From assembly GCA_038249925.1 (NCBI GenBank), contig JBBSCV010000001.1:1-42406 (forward strand): DNA of 42,406 bases. The letters are read 5' to 3'. The position numbers and the translations under genes were made by a program. A model generated the notes under the pieces. That model had not been told where the DNA came from. It saw only the letters and a program-made list of their open reading frames with translations, and ran no database searches. Numbering within the stretch: the stretch's first letter is position 1; the number at the start of each line of letters is the position of its first letter. This document shows, piece by piece, positions 32,911-41,767 of the stretch. Origin of the DNA: Burkholderiales bacterium. GTDB lineage: Bacteria; Pseudomonadota; Gammaproteobacteria; Burkholderiales; Burkholderiaceae_C.

Positions 32911-35900
32911 TCATTTCCTACCCGACGACAGATCAAGGACGAACACGTCGATGAAGGGGCGGCGCGCCTCAGGGATAAGTGCAATGATCGCCTGACGCAT
33001 TTGCTCTGGGGACAAGGGGGACGCGACACCAGGGGGAGGCGGTTTCAGCCGCCGACCCGTGGCGGAGGGTACGTCGCCGAACCAGAGGACGCAGTAGATT
33101 CCGCGGCCCTCCGAGCGCCAGTCGATCAGGTATTGCGACGTCAATTGCGAGTTCACCGCATCCCAAACTTCGGGATGCCATTGGCCCTTGACCTCCATCG
33201 GCAGAAGCTTAAGCCCGCGCGCGAAGGCGAGGTCGGCCCGTTTCGACTGCGGCATGTCCGCCTCTGTCGTGCGGCTGACGCCATAGGAGTCGGATAGTCG
33301 GCCTTGGATAAGAGCCGCAAGACGGTCGCGACACCGGTTCTCGTCGCGAGGGATGTTCTGGTCGGTCCAAAAATCCCGAACTTGGTCTAGGTCGTCGCCC
33401 AACAAGACCTTCTGAGCCTCGGCCAGCTCCTCCCCGACCACCGAACGCAGGTCGTCAATGTTGGATGGCGCGCCCGAGGTCAGAATCGCTGACAGTTCGG
33501 CGGGCGATAGCGGTGCGAAGCTCTCCTCCGCTCGCTTCTGCGACTGCTCGGCAGCCAAGTGCCGAAACAAATCGGAGTAGGTGTCGCTCGGCATCGCTGT
33601 GAGCTTAGCCAAGACTTGGGCAGCCTGATCCGACGTGCGGCCCGCGATTGCAGAGGCCAGTCCAACAAGGAAGTCCGTCGCGTCGAAGGCGTTTCTGTTG
33701 CCACTGCTGAGACCTGAGATGGTGGTGTGGGGAAATGCGCTCCGGAACTCGGAGACGATCCAAGCGAAGACCTCCAGGCCCGCGTCGACGAGGGGGCCTC
33801 GCCGCTTCGTCTGCAGTCGTTCGCGCAGATGCCATAGGAAATGAGGATGGTCGCGGCCGATATTCGCCAACTCGGGACGGACTTCTTCGAACCGATACGC
33901 GACGTCAATCGCTAGCCAAGCGAGTGCTTGGTCTTCGTCCCGGTAGATGCCCGCGTCGCGAGCCTTGGCTACCTCGACGATCGCGCTGGACTCCCCAGCG
34001 CGCGCCAGCGCGTTCACAAGGTCTATCTCGGCGTCCACCGCCATCTCTGGGTATCCGAGAAGCCACTCGCGCGCGAGCGATGCCATGGCGTCGTTCCACA
34101 ACGGCAGATGCTCGATCACCATGAGCTCATCATGCGGCGAGCGGCGGATGTTGAGATACGGCTCAATCCAAGAGCGCAGAAGGGCGCGCTGGCCAGCAAG
34201 TTGCGGAGCGACGGCCTGTTCGAGCGCGACGCGCAGATGGTCGTTGTCGTCGTCTCGCGAAAGTCCGCGCTGCTGCATGCAGATGAGAAGCGCCTTACTC
34301 AGGGTGGCGGGAGACACTCCCGAGAACCCTTCGCCGCTGCGATGTCTTCGAAGCAAGCCGGCAACAAGCGGGTAGGCGACATGCCAGATCTTGCCTCGCA
34401 GGTGGCTGTCCGCGATCTGCTGCAGGCTGGGCAAATCCGACTTATGAAGCGTCGCCTCGAAGCCGGCGGCGAACTCTTTCGCGAGTGGCTCGTTGAAGAC
34501 TGCGACCAACCGCTCCTCTGGGGGCATCTTGTCCTGGGTTTGCGCAGTGATCTGAACGCCCAGGTAGAACTTTGCTGGATTTAACGTCGCATCAATGTCA
34601 CCCGCTCTGATATTCGGAACGAGCGCTGTGAACTGGGCAATCGCTTGTTGACGATCCGCCTCGTCGCGCGCGCGCCGAGCTGCATCTTCCACCTCCTGAC
34701 GAATCTTCCACAGAGGCCTTGACGGATGCGTGGCTCGGCGGATGGCCGCGCGTTCTTTGAGCCCGAAAGCGGGGAAGGCTCGAGCCGCCGCCAACACCGT
34801 CCCACTGTCCTCTCCGGTTCTGACGCCTAGCCAGACAAGGTCGCGCCAATCGGACCTCGCGCGCCGCGAGCGCGATCGCTTCGCAGTCACCTCCCGCAAG
34901 AAGTAGGCGACGTCCTCCGTACTGCCGGCGAGGCCAATGGCTCGCATGTGTAAGCGTTGCTCAGCTTGCCACAGCGATTTCGATTTGAGGGCGGTCCAGA
35001 TCCCATATCGCTGAATCCGGCGGCGCAACTCGTCGCGCCCGATGAACGTGTCACGGATCTGATCAAGAGTTTCCTTGTCGGCAGAGGAACGCTCGTTGAC
35101 CTGACCCAGCCAAGCCCAAACGAACGGCGCGTCCCTGAGTTCGATGGCGCCGCCTCGCAGCGCGCGCAAGAGCAGCAGCGCGAGGACCTCGGAAAGGTTC
35201 CGCCGAAAGTCGTGGTCTTCGATCGCCCTTGGCGGCACACGCGAACAGATGATGCGGAGCAGCGTCTTCGAGCGTGACGGGGTCAACTCGGCAACCAGCG
35301 ATTCGAACCGACGTAACCTAATGGGTTGACGTTCGCGCACGCGAGGGAACTGCGACACCTGCAGGCCAAGCTCCGCCAGCAGTGTCGACGCGAGGAGATC
35401 GTCGCCAACGTCGTAGCGGAGCATCTCGATGAGTCGGCCTGCCAGCCGCCCGGCGTTATCGCTAGCTTGGTCCAGCAACGTCTGCGTGGCGGTCTGCCAG
35501 TACTGTCTGCCGCGGTGTGCAAACACCGCTTCCAACGCCTCCGCACGTTCGCCGAAGCTGCGCGCTTCGTCAAAGACAAGTTTTTCGAGGATCGCTGAAA
35601 GGGACGAGGCGAGCGGCGTGTCCTTGATCGCCTCCAGCAGCAAGGTCCGAAGGTGGAAGTTCGACCCCACATTGGCCAGGATCGCATCAATCCTAGGCGC
35701 GAGAGAGGTCTGGGAAAGCCCCTTCGCGGAGCGGGCATCCCAGTCTTGCGCGCGGAAATAAGGGTCCGTGCGCGCTAAGCGCTCGAGGGCGTCAAGTAGG
35801 GCTGCGGCCTGAGCTGCGTCGAGAAGGTCCGTCTCTCCGTAGCGAAGCAAGCCGAAGGGATCGGCGGCAATGACGCGCGTCGAAATGTGTGGACTGTGAA

Positions 35901-37077
35901 ACGCGAGCCAGGCATGCAGACCTCGCAAGCTCGATGGAACCGCGCCGGCGCCGTGAAATTGGGCGAGAAGTCGACGCCGGCTCAGGCTGGCTGTCGCTTG
36001 AGCGGCAAGCCAACGAGCGCCTAGAAATTCTGCGATGACGCGGTGAATGGGTGCGGCGCGGCCCACCCCGACATTCTTGAAAAGCTTGGACGTGACCACG
36101 GAGCGCGCCACGGCGCCGCCGGGCAACCTTTCCAAGTCGCCGATCCATACTTCGCCTTCCTGACGTTCCGCGATCCCGCCCAGCCTGATCGCATCGACGC
36201 CGCCGAAGACCATCGCCGCCATGCACGCGCCAGCCGACGACAGCGCCTGCTCTTGATTGATTTGCGCCAAGTGCGTGTTTTGGCGAGCGTCGTTCTCCTC
36301 ACGCCAAATCAGTTCGCAGACGTGTCCGAATAGCTCCGCGCGGGTGGCAGGCAGCGGCTTCCCGCTGTCTTCGACACGGCCGAGCAGGCTCAAGGTCAGC
36401 GGATTTCGGTAGAGGTCCGAGAGGCCTTGCTCGTCCAACCCGTCAAAAACCGGGTCGACGGGGCTCATGAATCCGCGCGACGACCAGAACGCGCTGGCTT
36501 CCGCTCGAGTGAACTCTTCGATCGACACCACGAGCGGCTCGGCTCCGTAGACCTCCTTCAGGCTGCGGAGCGAACGCGATTGCCACTCCCGCGAGCGGCA
36601 TGAGAGGACGAACCTCGGGCGACTAGCATCTTCGAGCTGGGCGAGAACCCGGTCCACCGCGTCCTTCTCGTCACGCGCGATCGCTTCGTCCAAGCCATCG
36701 ATCAGCAATGGACACCCCGTGGTCACATAGCCCCCCGGGTTCTTGCTTAGCATGAACCTTGTCGCCGACACGGGCGCCACGCCGCAAGCTCGACCAAGCT
36801 CGCCAATGAGCTCGCTCTTGCCCATGCCTGGCTCGCCAAGAATGACTACAGATCGCTCGAGGCTCAACAGCTCCGTGTCGATGATCTCGCTTTGCGAAGC
36901 CTCGTCGAGGATGTGCAGCTTCCGGCGGAAGTACGTACTTTCAACCGCTCCAACACTGTTGTCCCCGTCTTCTCCGGCACTTGGCCGCACTTGGGATCTA
37001 GCTCCTATTGCATGCCGCTTGCGATATCGGAGCCGATCGGGGGTGGCCACACGAAGCCTCATTGCACGCTCGCGCAT
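32911..37077 (-). CDS. STAND/NACHT-like NTPase with long helical region and C-terminal PD-(D/E)XK-like nuclease (start uncertain)
   Basis: ILGEPGMGKS (Walker A), LLIDGLDE (Walker B), VLSCR, NPLTLSLL, HRVIAEFLGARWL; C-terminal DENRCRD...KRADL...PMEVKGQW. Confidence 0.85.
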   Translation of the reverse strand: MRERAMRLRVATPDRLRYRKRHAIGARSQVRPSAGEDGDNSVGAVESTYFRRKLHILDEASQSEIIDTELLSLERSVVILGEPGMGKSELIGELGRACGVAPVSATRFMLSKNPGGYVTTGCPLLIDGLDEAIARDEKDAVDRVLAQLEDASRPRFVLSCRSREWQSRSLRSLKEVYGAEPLVVSIEEFTRAEASAFWSSRGFMSPVDPVFDGLDEQGLSDLYRNPLTLSLLGRVEDSGKPLPATRAELFGHVCELIWREENDARQNTHLAQINQEQALSSAGACMAAMVFGGVDAIRLGGIAERQEGEVWIGDLERLPGGAVARSVVTSKLFKNVGVGRAAPIHRVIAEFLGARWLAAQATASLSRRRLLAQFHGAGAVPSSLRGLHAWLAFHSPHISTRVIAADPFGLLRYGETDLLDAAQAAALLDALERLARTDPYFRAQDWDARSAKGLSQTSLAPRIDAILANVGSNFHLRTLLLEAIKDTPLASSLSAILEKLVFDEARSFGERAEALEAVFAHRGRQYWQTATQTLLDQASDNAGRLAGRLIEMLRYDVGDDLLASTLLAELGLQVSQFPRVRERQPIRLRRFESLVAELTPSRSKTLLRIICSRVPPRAIEDHDFRRNLSEVLALLLLRALRGGAIELRDAPFVWAWLGQVNERSSADKETLDQIRDTFIGRDELRRRIQRYGIWTALKSKSLWQAEQRLHMRAIGLAGSTEDVAYFLREVTAKRSRSRRARSDWRDLVWLGVRTGEDSGTVLAAARAFPAFGLKERAAIRRATHPSRPLWKIRQEVEDAARRARDEADRQQAIAQFTALVPNIRAGDIDATLNPAKFYLGVQITAQTQDKMPPEERLVAVFNEPLAKEFAAGFEATLHKSDLPSLQQIADSHLRGKIWHVAYPLVAGLLRRHRSGEGFSGVSPATLSKALLICMQQRGLSRDDDNDHLRVALEQAVAPQLAGQRALLRSWIEPYLNIRRSPHDELMVIEHLPLWNDAMASLAREWLLGYPEMAVDAEIDLVNALARAGESSAIVEVAKARDAGIYRDEDQALAWLAIDVAYRFEEVRPELANIGRDHPHFLWHLRERLQTKRRGPLVDAGLEVFAWIVSEFRSAFPHTTISGLSSGNRNAFDATDFLVGLASAIAGRTSDQAAQVLAKLTAMPSDTYSDLFRHLAAEQSQKRAEESFAPLSPAELSAILTSGAPSNIDDLRSVVGEELAEAQKVLLGDDLDQVRDFWTDQNIPRDENRCRDRLAALIQGRLSDSYGVSRTTEADMPQSKRADLAFARGLKLLPMEVKGQWHPEVWDAVNSQLTSQYLIDWRSEGRGIYCVLWFGDVPSATGRRLKPPPPGVASPLSPEQMRQAIIALIPEARRPFIDVFVLDLSSGRK

Positions 37078-37491
37078 TCAACGTCAGACCGCTGAATGCC
37101 TGCAAGTGCCGCAGGTCTCATGGGAGCTGCGAGGCGATCGCCGTCTTTCAGGATGTACATCTTCCAGTGAGAGGAGGTTCGCATACTGATGGTGTGTCAA
37201 TACGCAACCAGAAACTCTCAGACCAGCGCTCGAGAGCGTCGGCGGGCCCTGGATCTTCAAGCTGCCAATCAATCGCCATATGCCGATGCTAGCCATCCTT
37301 AGTAGTGACGATAGTAGTGCGACCGGTGGTCAGCGTCCGCTTCTGGCCGAAGCCGCCCTGACGATGCCTGCCTTCGAACGACGGCGGTCAGTCTTGATCC
37401 GCCATCGTTCCCTCGCGGTTTGTCGCTCTGCGACCGTCAGCGGGGCCGACGAAAATTCCCCGCATCCCCTGGCCCTCACCGCGACCCACCC

Positions 37492-40400
37492 GTGCGCCTG
37501 CTCCTCTACAAAGACCTCGACATCCGCCGAGTCAAGCCCGCTTTCGAGAAGCTGCGTGCGGCCATCGAGGTCGACGACTTCCGCTCGGCCGATGTCAAGA
37601 AGCTGAACTCCGGCCCGTACTACCGAGCGAAGCTCGACTACGCCAACCGGCTGCTACTGCAGTTCGCCCGCGTGTCGGAAGGCGGGGGCACCGTCACCGT
37701 CTGCCTGGCGCTGGAGGTCATCGAGAACCACGCCTACGACAAGTCCCGCTTCCTGCGTGGCGCGGTGGTGGACGAGGCCAAGATCGAGCGAGAGCCCGCC
37801 ACCGAGGCCGCAGCGCCGTCGCTAGGTGTCGAGGCCACGCCGCTGCGCTGGCTGGGGCCTGGCCGAACTCAGTTCGAACTGCTGGACAAGCCCGTCGTCT
37901 TCGACGAGGCGCAGGATGGCGCCTACCGCCACCCGGCGCCGCTGGTCGTCATCGGCTCCGCCGGCTCCGGCAAGACCGCCGTCACGCTGGCCCGGCTGCG
38001 TGAGGCTGAAGGACGGGTGCTGTACGTCACGTTGTCCTCCTACCTGGCTCAAAGCGCCCGCGCGCTGCACGCGGCCCATGGCTTCGACAACCCGAAGCAG
38101 GAGGTCGACTTCCTCAGCTACCGCGAACTGCTCGAGACCCTGCGCGTGCCGCCCGGCCGTGAGGTCACCTTACCGGCCTTCGCCGCCTGGTGCGACCGCC
38201 ACCGCCAGGCGCTGCGCCTGCTGGGAGGCGCTTCAGGCGCAATGGACCTGCAGGCCCTGTTCGAAGAGTTCCGTGGCGTGATTGGCGCCCAGCCCGGCGG
38301 GCCCCTGTCCCTCTCCGACTACCTGGCGCTGGGCACCCGGCAAAGCCTGCTGAACGGCGCGCAGCGGAAAGTCGCCCACGGCCTGTTCCAGCGCTACGTG
38401 GCTTGGCTGGGCGAAGCGGGCCTGTACGACAGCAACCTCGTCGCCCATGCCTGGCGCACCCAGATCGCCGAAGCGGCTGGACCGACCTACGACTTCATCG
38501 TCATTGACGAGGTGCAGGACCTGACGCCCGTGCAGCTGGCCCTGGTGTTGGCCCTGCTGAAGAAGCCCGGCCAGTTCATCTTGTGCGGCGACAGCCACCA
38601 GATCGTGCACCCCAACTTCTTCAGCTGGGCGGCGCTGAAGAGCCTGTTCTGGCACGGCCTGGCTGGCGACGCCGCACAGCGGCAGCCCCTGCAACTGCTG
38701 CAGGCCAACTACCGCAACACGCGCGCCGTCACCGACCTGGCCAACCGGCTGTTGAAGATCAAGCAGGCACGCTTCGGCTCAGTGGACCGCGAGAGCAACT
38801 TCCTGGTGCGCAGCACCGCGCCCGAGGCCGGCCGCGTGGCGCTGGTGGCGGCCAAGGACGCTGCGGTGAAGGCGCTGGACGCAGCCACCCGCCAATCAGC
38901 CCAGCACGCGGTGATCGTGCTGCGCGACGACGACAAGCCGGCGGCCCGCGAACGCTTCCGCACGCCGCTGGTCTTCAGCGTTCACGAAGCCAAGGGCCTG
39001 GAGTACCCGCATGTGCTGCTGGTGGACCTGGTCTCGGGCCAGCGCCAGGCCTATGCCGAGGTCTGCGATGGCGTGCAGCCCGCCGACCTCGAAGTCGAAG
39101 AACTCGACTTCCGCCGCGCCAAAGACAAGGCCGACAAGTCGCTAGAGATCTACAAGTTCTACGTCAACGCCCTGTACGTGGCCATGACGCGTGCCGTGCA
39201 GACACTGACGCTGGTGGAGCCCGACGTCGACCACCCGCTGCTGGCGTTGCTTGGCTTGCAGGCGGGCGAGGCACAGGCGCAAGCCGTGCGGGCGTCCACC
39301 CGCGAGGAATGGGCGCAGGAAGCGCGCAAGCTGCAGCTGCAGGGCAAGGAAGAGCAGGCCCAGGCCATCCGCGATTCCTTCCTGCAGCACAAACCCGTGC
39401 CATGGACGCCCTGGAGCAAAACGCTGATCGAAGAATTGCTGCCCAAAGCACTCGACCCGAAGAACCCCAGCAGCAAGCCGCGACAGACGATCTTCGACTA
39501 CGCCCTCTGGCACGGCCAGCATGAATGGATCACGGCGCTGGGCAAGGCCAACTTCGCAGCTGCCAGGCAACTGCTTGACGACGGCGAGTTCGTTGGCGCA
39601 GGCACGGTCATGCCCAGCCGCTACGCCTTCAAGGACGACCGCTGGGACCGGCTTCAGGCACTGACGCGCAAGACCGTTGCGGCGGTGCGCCAACGCCACC
39701 TGCAACCCTGGGAAGCCAAGAAGTTCAAGGACCTGCTGCAGCAAGCCGACGTGCACGGCCCCGACCACGCCACACCCGTGGGCGCCACGCCGCTGATGTT
39801 GGCCGCGATGGCCGGCAATGTACCCCTGGTGCAGGCCCTGCTGGACAAGGGCGCCGACCCGCAAGTGCGCGACGACTTCGGCCACACCGCCTGGGACTGC
39901 GCCCTCAGCCGCGCGCTGCAAGAGCCCGGGTTCGCAGCCACCGGCCTGCCAGCGGTCTTCCCGCTGCTGGGCCCGGCAGCGCTGGACGTGCAGACCGACG
40001 GCCGGCTCGTTCGGCTGGAAAGGCGCCAGGGCGAGTACTGGGTGCTGATGCTGATGCTCGCCGGCCTGAAGACCCAGTGGTCGCAATGCGTGACGCGCCA
40101 GGTCGAACCGCACAAGTACCCGAAGGGCTTCTTCGCCGAACAGCTGCACGAGGTGCTGGCCCAGCTGCCCGCCTGGTTGTGGGCCGACAAGCGCCGCAAA
40201 CGCAGCTACGTCAACCAGGTGCTGGCGCGCGCCGAGGTGGGCAGTGCTTACCAGCCGGCCCGCAAGCTGTGGGTGCGGGCCAGGAACGGCCACTACCTTC
40301 CCAACCCGGCGCTGCAGCTGCGCACCGGCGAAACCTGGACGCCGGCCTACACGGCAATGGCACTGGATTGGGTGGACCGGGGCTGCGGCGACGGCGTCTT

Positions 40401-40509
40401 GTACCGGCCCAAGCCGCTGGAACTGGTGACGCGCCTGGGTACTGCTCCTAGCGAAGACACGGAGGAAGACGACGGTTCAGCGCCTGCGCCGACGGATGCC
40501 CCGGGCTGA
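37492..40509 (+). CDS. RelE-like domain + UvrD/Rep (SF1) helicase + ankyrin-repeat protein
   Basis: VKKLNSGPYYRAKLDYANRLL...LEVIENHAY (RelE-like); GSAGSGKT, IDEVQD, GDSHQ, NYRN, VHEAKGLEY, YVAMTRA (SF1); GATPLMLAAMAGNVPLVQALLDKGADPQVRDDFGHTA (ANK); GTG 37492 chosen as start. Confidence 0.85.
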   Translation: MRLLLYKDLDIRRVKPAFEKLRAAIEVDDFRSADVKKLNSGPYYRAKLDYANRLLLQFARVSEGGGTVTVCLALEVIENHAYDKSRFLRGAVVDEAKIEREPATEAAAPSLGVEATPLRWLGPGRTQFELLDKPVVFDEAQDGAYRHPAPLVVIGSAGSGKTAVTLARLREAEGRVLYVTLSSYLAQSARALHAAHGFDNPKQEVDFLSYRELLETLRVPPGREVTLPAFAAWCDRHRQALRLLGGASGAMDLQALFEEFRGVIGAQPGGPLSLSDYLALGTRQSLLNGAQRKVAHGLFQRYVAWLGEAGLYDSNLVAHAWRTQIAEAAGPTYDFIVIDEVQDLTPVQLALVLALLKKPGQFILCGDSHQIVHPNFFSWAALKSLFWHGLAGDAAQRQPLQLLQANYRNTRAVTDLANRLLKIKQARFGSVDRESNFLVRSTAPEAGRVALVAAKDAAVKALDAATRQSAQHAVIVLRDDDKPAARERFRTPLVFSVHEAKGLEYPHVLLVDLVSGQRQAYAEVCDGVQPADLEVEELDFRRAKDKADKSLEIYKFYVNALYVAMTRAVQTLTLVEPDVDHPLLALLGLQAGEAQAQAVRASTREEWAQEARKLQLQGKEEQAQAIRDSFLQHKPVPWTPWSKTLIEELLPKALDPKNPSSKPRQTIFDYALWHGQHEWITALGKANFAAARQLLDDGEFVGAGTVMPSRYAFKDDRWDRLQALTRKTVAAVRQRHLQPWEAKKFKDLLQQADVHGPDHATPVGATPLMLAAMAGNVPLVQALLDKGADPQVRDDFGHTAWDCALSRALQEPGFAATGLPAVFPLLGPAALDVQTDGRLVRLERRQGEYWVLMLMLAGLKTQWSQCVTRQVEPHKYPKGFFAEQLHEVLAQLPAWLWADKRRKRSYVNQVLARAEVGSAYQPARKLWVRARNGHYLPNPALQLRTGETWTPAYTAMALDWVDRGCGDGVLYRPKPLELVTRLGTAPSEDTEEDDGSAPAPTDAPG

Positions 40510-40697
40510 GGCGACAGGCGACACCGGCGCGTTCACGAGGCGATAGCCGAGACGACGGCTGCGGGCCAGCTCGCGGTGATGGACGCGGCGCAGCGTCAGT
40601 CGATTCAGGCTGCGGCTGCCTCCCACCCAGCGAGGTGCCGCGCGGCGCACGAACTCTGCGAATTCCTGAAACACGTCGCCCGACACGCCGTCCAATG

Positions 40698-40733
40698 GTG
40701 TGCGTGTGCGTGTGCGTGTGCGTGTGCGTGTGC
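40698..40733 (+). repeat. Simple sequence repeat (GTGTGC)6
   Basis: Six perfect hexamer copies read directly. Confidence 0.95.
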
Positions 40734-40834
40734 GAGTGAGGGTGGGCGTAGGCATGGCTGGTACTCCTGCTTCGCTGCGCATTGTGCTGGCGCGCACCGT
40801 GACCACTGGCCTTTAGCGACCGCAAAATGTACTC

Positions 40835-41365
40835 ATGGAATTCATCGGTGACAGGGAAAGGCTCGCCAGCTTCCTGGCGCTCCAGGATGCACCAACGCTG
40901 GCGCAGGTGCTGTTGGAGTTGGCCGAGGACCATGCGCCGGTCTACGCCCGTCTGGAGCGGCTGAGGCTGCGCGACGACCCGGCTTCGCTAAGTGCGCAGT
41001 TCACTCGGCAACTGCAAAGATGGGAGACCGACGATCGCTTCGTTCGCTGCCAGGACGCCTCAGCGTTTGGCCGCGAGCTGAATGTGTGGGTGACGCAGGT
41101 ACGGCGCGAAGTGCTGCCGCGCTTTCCGGGCGAGTCGATGGTGCTGTTTGCAGCATTTCTAGACCTAGACCACGTGGTCTTCGAGCGGGTTGATGACGAT
41201 GGCGGCTACGTCGGCGGAGCCTTTGAACTCGCATGCCGGCTCTGGCTGACAGCCGCAGCTGCCGCCGGGTTGCCCGGGGCCGAGATCGCGAGCCGTGCAT
41301 CGGCCATGCTGTCTGCTGACAACTACGGCGCTCGATCCGGGCTCAACAGGGCCATCACTGGCTGA
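40835..41365 (+). CDS. DUF6880-like hypothetical protein, possibly truncated
   Basis: LAQVLLELAE...VFERVDDDGGYVGGAFELAC...DNYG pattern. Confidence 0.5.
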   Translation: MEFIGDRERLASFLALQDAPTLAQVLLELAEDHAPVYARLERLRLRDDPASLSAQFTRQLQRWETDDRFVRCQDASAFGRELNVWVTQVRREVLPRFPGESMVLFAAFLDLDHVVFERVDDDGGYVGGAFELACRLWLTAAAAAGLPGAEIASRASAMLSADNYGARSGLNRAITG

Positions 41366-41420
41366 GGCCGCTCACGGCAACCAAAGGCCCGAAGGCAAGA
41401 ATCCAAGGGGGAGCGAACGA

Positions 41421-41516
41421 ATGGCCAACAAGGAAACTGCCCGGCTCGCCGTGCTGATCGATGCGGACAACGCGTGTGCGAGCGTGGTGAAGGGGCAGTT
41501 GGCCCACGCCAGCTAG
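41421..41516 (+). pseudogene. Remnant of a NYN/LabA (PIN-like) domain gene
   Basis: GGGGGAG RBS, MANKETARLAVLIDADNA (typical NYN N-terminus), then a stop after 31 codons. Confidence 0.7.
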
Positions 41517-41577
41517 CCTCATGGCCTAACTTCAACAGACCAGCACCACGGTTCCAGATGGATTCCTGGATGTTTGA

Positions 41578-41718
41578 CTAAAAAGTGTCGTCGATGCCGA
41601 GTTTCGCGGCCTCGCGTAGGGCCGTACTCCCTTGTCGAATCCAGATGAGCGGCCCGGCAAAGATCGCGGCGGCGTACAAGGCGAATCCGGCGATGTGAAT
41701 CGTGGTGAGATCGTGCAT
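41578..41718 (-). CDS. Possible small single-pass membrane protein (46 aa)
   Basis: MHDLTTIHIAGFALYAAAIFAGPLIWIRQG... one hydrophobic helix; follows the upstream minus-strand gene. Confidence 0.4.
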   Translation of the reverse strand: MHDLTTIHIAGFALYAAAIFAGPLIWIRQGSTALREAAKLGIDDTF

Positions 41719-41767
41719 GCGGTGTTCTGGGTGGGGTGAGGGAGTCGTCGTGCTGGGAAGGTATGGA

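Noticed and set aside
39142-40293. 383-aa minus-strand ORF
   Set aside because: Antisense shadow of the helicase-ankyrin gene
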